The notes under the pieces are model-generated. The model was not told where the DNA came from, made no database searches, and was given only the letters and a program-made list of their open reading frames with translations. From positions 1-26,947 of the forward strand of contig JAYZQJ010000003.1 of assembly GCA_036149055.1 (NCBI GenBank): DNA of 26,947 bases, read 5' to 3'. This DNA comes from Myxococcota bacterium (GTDB lineage: Bacteria > Myxococcota_A > Polyangia > Polyangiales > Sandaracinaceae). Position 1 is the first letter of the stretch. Each line of letters starts with the position of its first letter. Made by a program: the position numbers and the translations under genes. Positions 7,902 through 22,632 of this stretch are shown here, piece by piece.

Positions 7902-10139
7902 ATGCGACGCAAGAAGGGTGTCTACGTCGAGCGCGGGTCCGGGAGGGCCGGCTCGATCACGAGGAGGCTACTGTACAGCCTGCTGGCCTTGGCCTTCACC
8001 ACGCCGGCGGCGGCCCAATCGGAGCCGTCCGTCGTGCGCGCGTTGAGCGTGAGCGGAGACGCGGAGCGGGCGGAGGTCGTCCTCGAGGGCGACTTCGACG
8101 TGCCTCGCTACGCGGTGCGGACGCGTGACGAGGGCCGCGTGGTCGTGCTGGAGGTCGAGGGCGCGAGCCTGCCGGAGGAGGGCCTGGCCGTCTCCGGCGG
8201 CGCGGGGCTCGTCGACAGCAGCGCGAGCAGCACCACCGCGCGCGGCGTGGTCGTGACGCTCGGCCTGTCCCGTCCGGTCAGCCCGCAGGCGCGCGCCGGT
8301 CGAGGGCGGGTGACGCTGTCGCTCCGGCCGGTCGGCGTGGAGGCGCAGGAGCAGCCGAGCGAGTCGACCGGCGCCCCCGAGATCCGCGGGGTGCACGTCG
8401 AGCGGCGCGACGGACGCGACCGGGTGGTCATCGAGCTCGACCGCGCGGCGCGCTTCCGCACGCTCCCCATCGTGAGCGGGCCCGCCCGCCTGGTGATCGA
8501 CGGCGCGCGGGTCGGGGAGGGCGTCGCCTCCGAGCTCCGCGTGGACGCCGGCGAGGACCTGGTGGTCCGCGCGGTGCGCGTCCGGGGCGGCGGCAGCCGC
8601 GCCACCGTCGAGGTCGAGCGTCAGGACGGAGCGCGCGGCACGGCCATCCGCGAGGGCAACCGCATCGTGTGGCTCTTCTCGGCCGCCGAGGGACGCCAGG
8701 CGCGCCCGACCTCGCGCAGCATCGCGCGGGAGCAGTGGGCCCAGCTGGACGACGAGGAGACCGTCGACGGTGAGGAGGTCGCGGCGTTCCTGACGGACGT
8801 GCCGATGCAGATCGGTCGCGCCCGTGGGTCGCGTCGCTACCGGGGCCGCCGCATCGACCTCGACTTCCACAACGCCGACATCCACAACATCCTCCGCCTC
8901 ATCGCGGAGGTCGGCGGGGTCAACATCGTCACCAGCGACGACGTCAGCGGCACCGTCACGATCCGCATGCGGAACGTGCCCTGGGACCAGGCGCTCGACG
9001 TGATCCTGCAGGCCAAGGGCCTCGGCATGGTGCGCCGCGGCAACCTGATCCGCGTCGCGCCGCTCTCGACGCTCGAGAAGGAGCGCGAGCTGGCCATCGC
9101 CCGCCAGAAGCAGCAGGTGGAGCTGGCCCCGCTCGAGACGCGGCTGATCCCGGTCAGCTACGCCACGGCGACCGACCTCTCGCCGCGCGTGCAGGAGCTG
9201 CTGACCGGCCGCGGCAACGTCAGCGTCGACGAGCGCACCAACGTGCTCATCGTCCGCGACACCATCGACAGCCTCGACGACATCGAGGAGCTCGTCCGCA
9301 CCCTCGACACGCAGACCCCGCAGGTCCTCGTCGAGGCGCGCATCGTCGAGGCCACGAGCCAGTACGTGCGCGACGTCGGCATCCAGTGGGGCGGCAACGT
9401 CATCGCGTCGACCGCCACCGGCAACCCGACCGGGCTCATCTTCCCGGCCAACGTCGGCGTCACGGGCGGCAACTACGACCAGAACACGCCCACGCAGGGC
9501 CTGACCCCGTTCGCGCCGGCCGTCCCGACGCCGAACTACGCGGTCAACCTGCCGGCGACCACGAACACCGGCAACGGCGGCGCGCTCGGTCTCACGCTCG
9601 GCAGCCTCGGCGGCACGGTGAACGTCAACGTGCGCCTCAGCGCCGCGGAGTCGACCGGCGTCGTCCGCATCATCAGCTCGCCGCGCATCCTGACCCTCGA
9701 CAACCACGAGGCGCACATCGCGCAGGGGACGCTCATCCCCTACTCGCAGATCAGCGCGCAGGGCGTCCAGACCGCCTTCCAGGAGGCCAAGCTGGAGCTG
9801 CGAGTCACCCCGCACGTCACCGCCGACGGGTCTGTGTCGATGCACGTCAAGGTGACGCGCGACGAGCCCGACTTCACCCGGACCTCGGCCCGCGGTGACC
9901 CCACGATCCTCAAGCGGGAGGCGGAGACGCACCTGCTCATCGAGGACGGGCACACCGCGGTCATCGGCGGCATCTACACGCGCAACACGGGCCGCAACGT
10001 CGACCAGGTGCCGTTCTTCGGCGACATCCCGATCCTCGGCGTGCTCTTCCAGCGCCGGCGTGTCCGGGACGAGCGCAACGAGCTGCTCATCTTCCTGACG
10101 CCGCGCATCGTCAACCGGGCCGAGTCGCTGAGACGCTGA
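7902..10139 (+). CDS. pilQ: Type IV pilus secretin PilQ (signal peptide, probable AMIN-like domains, N-domains, secretin)
   Basis: YRGRRIDLDFHNADIHNILRLIAEV, NVPWDQALDVIL, VDERTNVLIVRD, QVLVEARIVEA, SSPRILTLDN, VPFFGDIPILGVLF and ELLIFLTPRIV. RBS GAGAGGAG lies just upstream. Confidence 0.97.
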   Translation: MRRKKGVYVERGSGRAGSITRRLLYSLLALAFTTPAAAQSEPSVVRALSVSGDAERAEVVLEGDFDVPRYAVRTRDEGRVVVLEVEGASLPEEGLAVSGGAGLVDSSASSTTARGVVVTLGLSRPVSPQARAGRGRVTLSLRPVGVEAQEQPSESTGAPEIRGVHVERRDGRDRVVIELDRAARFRTLPIVSGPARLVIDGARVGEGVASELRVDAGEDLVVRAVRVRGGGSRATVEVERQDGARGTAIREGNRIVWLFSAAEGRQARPTSRSIAREQWAQLDDEETVDGEEVAAFLTDVPMQIGRARGSRRYRGRRIDLDFHNADIHNILRLIAEVGGVNIVTSDDVSGTVTIRMRNVPWDQALDVILQAKGLGMVRRGNLIRVAPLSTLEKERELAIARQKQQVELAPLETRLIPVSYATATDLSPRVQELLTGRGNVSVDERTNVLIVRDTIDSLDDIEELVRTLDTQTPQVLVEARIVEATSQYVRDVGIQWGGNVIASTATGNPTGLIFPANVGVTGGNYDQNTPTQGLTPFAPAVPTPNYAVNLPATTNTGNGGALGLTLGSLGGTVNVNVRLSAAESTGVVRIISSPRILTLDNHEAHIAQGTLIPYSQISAQGVQTAFQEAKLELRVTPHVTADGSVSMHVKVTRDEPDFTRTSARGDPTILKREAETHLLIEDGHTAVIGGIYTRNTGRNVDQVPFFGDIPILGVLFQRRRVRDERNELLIFLTPRIVNRAESLRR

Positions 10140-10158
10140 CTCGAGCTCGCTCTCGCTC

Positions 10159-10198
10159 CGAAGCCGCCGGCCTGCGAAGGTCGGCGGCTTCGTCGTTT
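10159..10198 (+). terminator. Stem-loop after pilQ (probable terminator or mRNA-stabilising hairpin)
   Basis: CGAAGCCGCCGGCCT-GCGA-AGGTCGGCGGCTTCG forms a 15-bp stem with one G-U pair and a GNRA loop. The U-tract is weak (TCGTTT). Confidence 0.65.
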
Positions 10199-10208
10199 CG
10201 GCGGTAGG

Positions 10209-11798
10209 ATGCCCGCCATGGATCGCTGGATCTTCCTCTCGGGCATGATGGGCTCGGGCAAGTCGACGGTGGCCCTCGAGGTGGCGCGACGCGCGGGCGC
10301 GGAGGCGGTCGACCTCGACGCCCGGATCGTCGCGGCGGCGGGCAAGAGCATCCCGGAGATCTTCCAGGCCGAGGGGGAGGCGGGCTTCCGGGCGCGCGAG
10401 TCGGAGGCGCTCGAGCGGCTGCTCGCGGAGCGCGGGCCGAAGGTGGTCGCGCTCGGCGGCGGCACGGTGCTTCGGGCGGAGAGCCGGAGGCGGCTGCTCG
10501 ATCGAGGCGTGCTGCTGACCCTGTCGGCGTCGGCGGAGGAGCTGGCGCGGCGCGTGGAGGGCAACGCGGACCGTCCGCTGCTGTCCCGGGGAGAGACGGT
10601 GCGGGTCGTCGAGGCGCTGCTCGCCGAGCGCGAGGGGGTCTACGCCGAGTGCCACGCGACCGTGCCGACGACGGACCGCGACCCGGGCGCGATCGCCGAC
10701 GAGGCCCTGCGGATCGCCGCGCGGCCGCCGATCCCGGTGCCGCTCGGGACGCGGACCTACCGCGTGGAGGTCGGGCGCGGCCTGCTCGCGGGGCTCCACG
10801 CGCACGTCGCCGCGCGTCTCCCGGGGGCGGTGGTGCTCGTGACCGACGAGAACGTGCGCGCGCCGTGGGCGGAGCGAGCCGCCGAGGAGGTGCGGGCGGC
10901 GGGCCGTGCGCTGACGACCGTCGTGTTGACGCCCGGCGAGGAGCACAAGCGCATCGCGGCCGTCGAGCGAATCTGGGACGCGGCCCTCGAGGCGCGGATC
11001 GACCGCTCCGGGGCGGTCCTCGCCGTGGGCGGCGGGGTGGTCGGCGACCTCGCGGGGTTCGCGGCCGCGACCCTGCTTCGCGGGATCCGTTTCGCGCAGT
11101 GCCCGACCAGCCTGCTCGCGATGGTCGACGCGTCGGTCGGCGGCAAGACCGGCTTCGACCGGGACCAGGGCAAGAACCTGGTGGGCGCCTTCCACCAGCC
11201 CGAGCTCGTGCTGTGCGACGTCGACACCCTCGAGACCCTCCCGGACGAGGAGATCTCCGCCGGCCTCGCGGAGGTGGTGAAGGCCGCCTGGATCGACGGG
11301 GAGGCGGCGGTCGCGGCGCTCGAGGCGGACGCGGACGCGCTCGTGGGCCGCGACCCGGAGGCCCTGGAGCGCGCCATCCGGCGCTCGGTCACCCTCAAGG
11401 CGCGCGTCGTCGCCGAGGACGAGCGCGAGGCCGGTCGGCGCGCGGTCCTGAACCTGGGGCACACGGTGGGGCACGCCATCGAGGCGGCGCGGGGCTACCG
11501 GGGCATCCGGCACGGCGAGGCCGTCGCTCTGGGCATGGTCGCGGCGTTCCGGGTGGCCGGAGCGCTCGGTGACGCCGACGCCGTGGCGCGCGGCGAGCGG
11601 GTGAAGGCGCTGCTGTCCCGGCTCCGGCTGCCGATCGACCTCGACGCCTGGCTCGTCGACGGCACGCTCGACTGGATGGCGCACGACAAGAAGCGGGCCG
11701 GCGGTCGGGTCCGCTTCGTGGTGCCCGCCGCGCCGGGGGAGGTGTCGCTGGTCCCCCTCGCGGTCGAGCGAGTGGCCGAAGCGGTGCGCGGGGGATGA
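10209..11798 (+). CDS. aroB: Bifunctional shikimate kinase / 3-dehydroquinate synthase (AroK-AroB fusion)
   Basis: AroK part: GMMGSGKST, DLD, SIPEIFQAEGEAGFRARE, ALGGG, RPLL. AroB part: GGGVVGDLAGF, PTSLLAMVDASVGGKTG, KNLVGAFHQP, NLGHTVGHAIE, HGEAVALGM, DKK. Start at 10209 or 10218. Confidence 0.96.
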   Translation: MPAMDRWIFLSGMMGSGKSTVALEVARRAGAEAVDLDARIVAAAGKSIPEIFQAEGEAGFRARESEALERLLAERGPKVVALGGGTVLRAESRRRLLDRGVLLTLSASAEELARRVEGNADRPLLSRGETVRVVEALLAEREGVYAECHATVPTTDRDPGAIADEALRIAARPPIPVPLGTRTYRVEVGRGLLAGLHAHVAARLPGAVVLVTDENVRAPWAERAAEEVRAAGRALTTVVLTPGEEHKRIAAVERIWDAALEARIDRSGAVLAVGGGVVGDLAGFAAATLLRGIRFAQCPTSLLAMVDASVGGKTGFDRDQGKNLVGAFHQPELVLCDVDTLETLPDEEISAGLAEVVKAAWIDGEAAVAALEADADALVGRDPEALERAIRRSVTLKARVVAEDEREAGRRAVLNLGHTVGHAIEAARGYRGIRHGEAVALGMVAAFRVAGALGDADAVARGERVKALLSRLRLPIDLDAWLVDGTLDWMAHDKKRAGGRVRFVVPAAPGEVSLVPLAVERVAEAVRGG

Positions 11799-11878
11799 TG
11801 CGGTTATTTGGTGCCCGGGTAGCGGCCTCGCTACAGTGATCGCCGTGCGCCCGAACGCCTCGGGCCGACGGAGGAAGC

Positions 11879-12592
11879 ATGTCGCGCCATCGCTGGATCA
11901 TCGTCTCGCTGCTCACCGCGCTCGCGGGATGCGCGCCGGGCAACCCCGGGGGCGTCGTCCTGAACGTCGTCGAGCCCGACGACCAGTGTGTCCTGGCGGT
12001 CGGCAACAACGCGAGGGCCGTGGGCGTCTACGACCCCGGCAGCGGGCAGGGCTACGACGCGACCCTCCGCGTGGCCAACCAGCTCATCAACCTGAGCTCG
12101 ACCGGCGCCGCGGGCGGGACGTCGGGGGTGCCGATGGCGGATCCGAACGTCATGCAGGTGACCGCGGCCGAGATCGAGCTGCAGGACATCCAGGGCAACC
12201 CGATCGGCGGCTTCGGGAACCCGTACCGCGTTCCGGTGGGTGGGAGCCTGCTGCCGAGCTCCGACGGCATGGCCTTCGGCGAGGGCCTGGTGGACGTCGA
12301 GGTGATCCCGCCGGGCGTCGCGCCCCTGCTCGCCGGCTTCGTCGGCGCCTCGGTGGTGGCGGAGATCACGCTCTTCGGCCGGACGCTCGGCGACGCGGCG
12401 GTCGAGTTCCCGCCGTTCGTGTTCCAGATCGATCTGCCCTGCGCCACCGCCGACGGCGCGATGTTCGGCTGCCTCCAGTCGTGCCCCGATCCGGCCGCCG
12501 AGGAGCCCGTCTGCATCAACGCCTGCCGTCCCGGGCAGGATGACGTGCACTTCTCCTGCGCGGGCCCCTACGCCCCGTGCGCGGCGATGTGA
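11879..12592 (+). CDS. Uncharacterised lipoprotein with a Cys-rich C-terminus
   Basis: RBS GGAGGAA, signal MSRHRWIIVSLLTALAGC with lipobox LAGC, a beta-rich body and 7 Cys in the last ~50 aa. Confidence 0.85.
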   Translation: MSRHRWIIVSLLTALAGCAPGNPGGVVLNVVEPDDQCVLAVGNNARAVGVYDPGSGQGYDATLRVANQLINLSSTGAAGGTSGVPMADPNVMQVTAAEIELQDIQGNPIGGFGNPYRVPVGGSLLPSSDGMAFGEGLVDVEVIPPGVAPLLAGFVGASVVAEITLFGRTLGDAAVEFPPFVFQIDLPCATADGAMFGCLQSCPDPAAEEPVCINACRPGQDDVHFSCAGPYAPCAAM

Positions 12593-19480
<6,888 letters not shown>

Positions 19481-19543
19481 GCGCGCGACCTTACCAGGTT
19501 TGAGTCATGGTTTCGTGCAGAACCGCCCCGGGCTCGGAGTCGT

Positions 19544-20125
19544 TCGCCGGGCCGCTCGTCCTCGGCAGAAAAGGGGAGAGGGGAGGAGGGAGGCGAGGAG
19601 AGTGTGCCGACAGAAGTCGGCACGACGGCCAGCCCGGCCGCGCCTGGGGCCCAGCCGCGCGTCGGGCCTGGACCGGGCCGAGGGTGTCGCGACTGCTGTC
19701 GCGACTTCCTCCTCGCCTCCCGCCTCCCTTCTCCCCTGACTTCGTCGCCCCCCGTCGGACTCGGACTCGGACTGGGAGTCGGGCTCGGACCTGGTCGCCG
19801 GGCCGCTCGTCCTCGGCAGAAAAGGGGAGAGGGGAGGAGGGAGGCGAGGAGAGTGTGCCGACAGAAGTCGGCACGACGGCCAGCCCAGCCGCGCCTGGGG
19901 CCCAGCCGCGCGTCGGGCCAGGATCGGCGGAGGGCGTCGCGACTGCTGTCGCGACTTCCTCCTCGCCTCCCGCCTCCCTTCTCCCCTGACTTCGTCGCTC
20001 CCCGTCGGAGTCGGACTCGGAGTCGAGTCGGACCCGGTCGGGCCGAGGGGGGCGCGACTGCTGTCGCGACTTCCTCCTCGTCTCCCGCCTCTCTTCTCCC
20101 GTGTCTTCGTCGCCCCTCGTCGGAG
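19544..20125. repeat. Intergenic tandem repeat (251-bp period, about 2.3 units) built from inverted 52-bp REP-like modules
   Basis: Unit 1 starts at 19544 and unit 2 at 19795. Forward modules lie at 19572-19623 and 19823-19874. Reverse-orientation modules lie at 19686-19737, 19936-19987 and 20051-20102. Confidence 0.92.
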
Positions 20126-20193
20126 TCGAACTCGGTCGGCTCGACTTCGGGCACGGGCACGGGCGCGGGCAGGGGCGCGGGCAGGGGCACGGG

Positions 20194-20230
20194 CTAGCGC
20201 GGCTCGCCGCTTTGCGGCTCGGCGCGCTAG
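20194..20230 (-). terminator. Hairpin overlapping the stop codon of the zinc-ribbon gene
   Basis: CTAGCGCG (20194-20201) pairs with CGCGCTAG (20223-20230) and encloses GCCGC-TTT-GCGGC. There is no U-tract, so terminator function is uncertain. Confidence 0.35.
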
Positions 20231-22527
20231 GGCTCGCTACCGATGGCCGGGACGTCCTCCGGGGGCGGCCCCTCCATGTCCCGCGGCGGCGGCAGGGCGC
20301 CCTCGGGCGTCTGCGGCGCCGGCTCGGTCTCGGGCTCCGGCTCGGGCTCGGGGGCGGGCTCCGGGGTCTCCGCTCCGCCGCCGGTGGCCCGGCGGAGCTC
20401 CTCGACCTGGCGCCGCGCGATCGACGCCCGGGGGCCCGACGGGAGGCGCTCGAGGTAGCGCTCGTAGGCGGTCAGGGCGTCGGCGTTGCGGCCGAGGCGG
20501 CGGTAGGCGCTGCCGAGCCCGATGTAGGCCTCGGCGTAGCCCTGGCCGGCGGCCTGGCGGAACTGACTCGCGGCCTGGCTCGCGTTGCCGCGCTCGAGCG
20601 CGATGTAGCCGAGGCCGGTCAGGGCCTCGGAGCCGCCGGGGCGCACCGAACGGGCCGCCTCGTAGTAGCCCTGCGCGCGCTCGACGTCGCCGCGCTCGAG
20701 CCGCTCGTCGCCGTTGCGGATGTACCAGCTGTAGTCCCGGCCGCTCGGGATGGCGCCGGACTCGGAGCCGCCGCCGCGCCGGTCGCCGCCGCGATCCTCG
20801 CGCGCCTCGCCTCCCCGCTCACCGCCCCGGGTGGGGGTCGCGGCCGGCTCGTCGTCGCCCTCCTCGGGCGCGGCCTCTTCGGTCTCGCCGTCACCCTCAC
20901 CCTCGGGCACGTCCACCGTCGGCGGCGCCGGCGGCACCCCCTCCTCGATGGCGCGGCGGAGCGCGTCGGCGCGGCCGTGGCCACCCGAGCGCTGGAGGAT
21001 GCGATCGACCTGCTGTCTCGCTGCCGATACCTCGTTCGAGGCCAGGAGCGCGCGGGCGTAGAGCAGGCGGGCCCGGATCATGCCCGGATCCTCGGCGACC
21101 GCCTCCTCGGCGAGCGGCCGCGCCGAGGCGATGTCGCCCGCGCGGGCGGCCTCGATCGAGGCGCGCACCCGGAGCGTCTCGGCGGACGGCTCGCTCTGCA
21201 GGGTCAGGGCCCGGCTCATGCGTGATCCGGCGCGCTCGAGATCACCGGTGAGACGGAGCGCGTCGGCGAGCGCCACCTCGGCGGCCGCGTCCCCCGAGCC
21301 GTGGCGCACGGCGTCCTCCGCCCGCTGGAGCGCGGTCTCGGCGTGCCGCCGGGCCTCCTCGCGCTTGGCGTTGGCTTCGCCGAGGCGGGTGGGGTCGTCC
21401 TCGGCCCGTGCCGCGAGATCGTCGGCGTCGAAGGTGAGCGCCTGGGCCCAGAGGGCGTGCGCGCGGGCGAGGCGGGTGAGCACCGCGGCGTCGTGCTCGT
21501 CGAACGCGAGCGCCTGGGTGTAGTGGTGGATCGCCTGCTCGTAGCTGTCGATGGTGTCGCCGGCGAGCGCGTCGTCCCCCGCCGTCATGTGCGGGTTGGC
21601 GGGATCCGCCGGCGCCTCGGCCATGCCGAGGAGCGGGGCGATCTGCGGCCAGCCGAGGGCCACGGCCACCGCCGCGGCGAGCAGCACCACCAGCGCGACC
21701 CACAGCCCGCTCCGGCTCTTGCCGCGCGGCGGCGTCGCCGGCTCCTCCTCGTCGAGGTAAAGCGCGCGATCCCCGGCGGCCGCGCGGGCCGGCCGGGCCG
21801 ACGGAGGCGCAGAGGGCGGCGCGGAGCTCGGCTGCGGAGCGCTCGAGGGGCCGCGGTTGGAGGGCCGAGCGCCGGCGGTCGCGTCGGACGGCGCGCGCGG
21901 CGGGGCCGGGATCCTGGGCTCGGGCGCCTTCGCCGCCGCGGGCGGCTGGCTCGACGGGGGCGCCGGGGCGCGGGGCGGCGGCTTGGGCGGCGCGGGCGCG
22001 CGCGGCGGCTCGCTCACCGCGCCGACGCCGATCATCGTCGACTTGGGCTTCCGCTCGGGGATCGGCGCGTCCACCGCGGTGGCGTCCGAGGCGAGCGTCT
22101 TGGCGTGAGCGCGGGCGTCGTCCACCGGGGCGGCGCGCACCCCGGGGGTGGTGCCCAGCCGGCGGCGGGGGCCGCCCTCCGAGACGTCGGTGTCCGCGGT
22201 CGCGGCCGCAGCGGCCGCGAAGAAGGTGGAGAGCTCGGCGATGTCGCCGAGGCGCTTCCAGTCGTCCCCGCCCCGCGAGATCCAGTCCGACTCGTGCAGG
22301 CTGCCCGCGGTGATCAGGCGCTGCAGCTCCTTGAGCGAGCCCAGCGTCCGGGTGCTCCCGTCCCCGGTCCGCACCTGCCAGCTCTTGGCGCCGCTGGCCT
22401 CGGCGTCGGGACGGAACACCTTGAAGAGGTGCCCACAGTTGGTGCACTTGACGGTCGTGCCCCGGTCCGAGACGAGGGTCTCGTCGAATTCGTATTCGGT
22501 CCCGCAGCGTTCGCAGGTGACGTCCAT
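20227..22527 (-). CDS. Bitopic membrane protein: MJ0042-type zinc ribbon, GYF_2-like domain, Pro-rich linker, TM helix, periplasmic TPRs (766 aa)
   Basis: MDVTCERCGTEYEFDETLVSDRGTTVKCTNCGHLFKV (two CxxC), then WQVRTGDG...LKELQRLITAGSLHESDWISRGGDDWKRLGDIAEL. TM LWVALVVLLAAAVAVALGW. TPRs AIHHYTQALAFDE and ALTAYERYLERLPSG. The true start is the ATG at 22527; the ORF-track extension to 23088 is antisense to the kinase. Confidence 0.9.
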   Translation of the reverse strand: MDVTCERCGTEYEFDETLVSDRGTTVKCTNCGHLFKVFRPDAEASGAKSWQVRTGDGSTRTLGSLKELQRLITAGSLHESDWISRGGDDWKRLGDIAELSTFFAAAAAATADTDVSEGGPRRRLGTTPGVRAAPVDDARAHAKTLASDATAVDAPIPERKPKSTMIGVGAVSEPPRAPAPPKPPPRAPAPPSSQPPAAAKAPEPRIPAPPRAPSDATAGARPSNRGPSSAPQPSSAPPSAPPSARPARAAAGDRALYLDEEEPATPPRGKSRSGLWVALVVLLAAAVAVALGWPQIAPLLGMAEAPADPANPHMTAGDDALAGDTIDSYEQAIHHYTQALAFDEHDAAVLTRLARAHALWAQALTFDADDLAARAEDDPTRLGEANAKREEARRHAETALQRAEDAVRHGSGDAAAEVALADALRLTGDLERAGSRMSRALTLQSEPSAETLRVRASIEAARAGDIASARPLAEEAVAEDPGMIRARLLYARALLASNEVSAARQQVDRILQRSGGHGRADALRRAIEEGVPPAPPTVDVPEGEGDGETEEAAPEEGDDEPAATPTRGGERGGEAREDRGGDRRGGGSESGAIPSGRDYSWYIRNGDERLERGDVERAQGYYEAARSVRPGGSEALTGLGYIALERGNASQAASQFRQAAGQGYAEAYIGLGSAYRRLGRNADALTAYERYLERLPSGPRASIARRQVEELRRATGGGAETPEPAPEPEPEPETEPAPQTPEGALPPPRDMEGPPPEDVPAIGSEP

Positions 22528-22632
22528 CGTTGATCCGGCGCCGCGAGCGTAGCAGCTGAGCGCCGCTCCGTCGCAGCCAATGGGGGCCGCGGACGCTACC
22601 ATGCTCCGCGGGCCCTCGCCCTCTTCGATCTC

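Noticed and set aside
7968..11684. 1238-aa minus-strand ORF
   Set aside because: Antisense shadow of pilQ and aroKB with no recognisable motifs.
19544..20125. Possible CRISPR array
   Set aside because: Repeats alternate in orientation, the intervening sequences are themselves duplicated and not unique spacers, and no cas genes are present.
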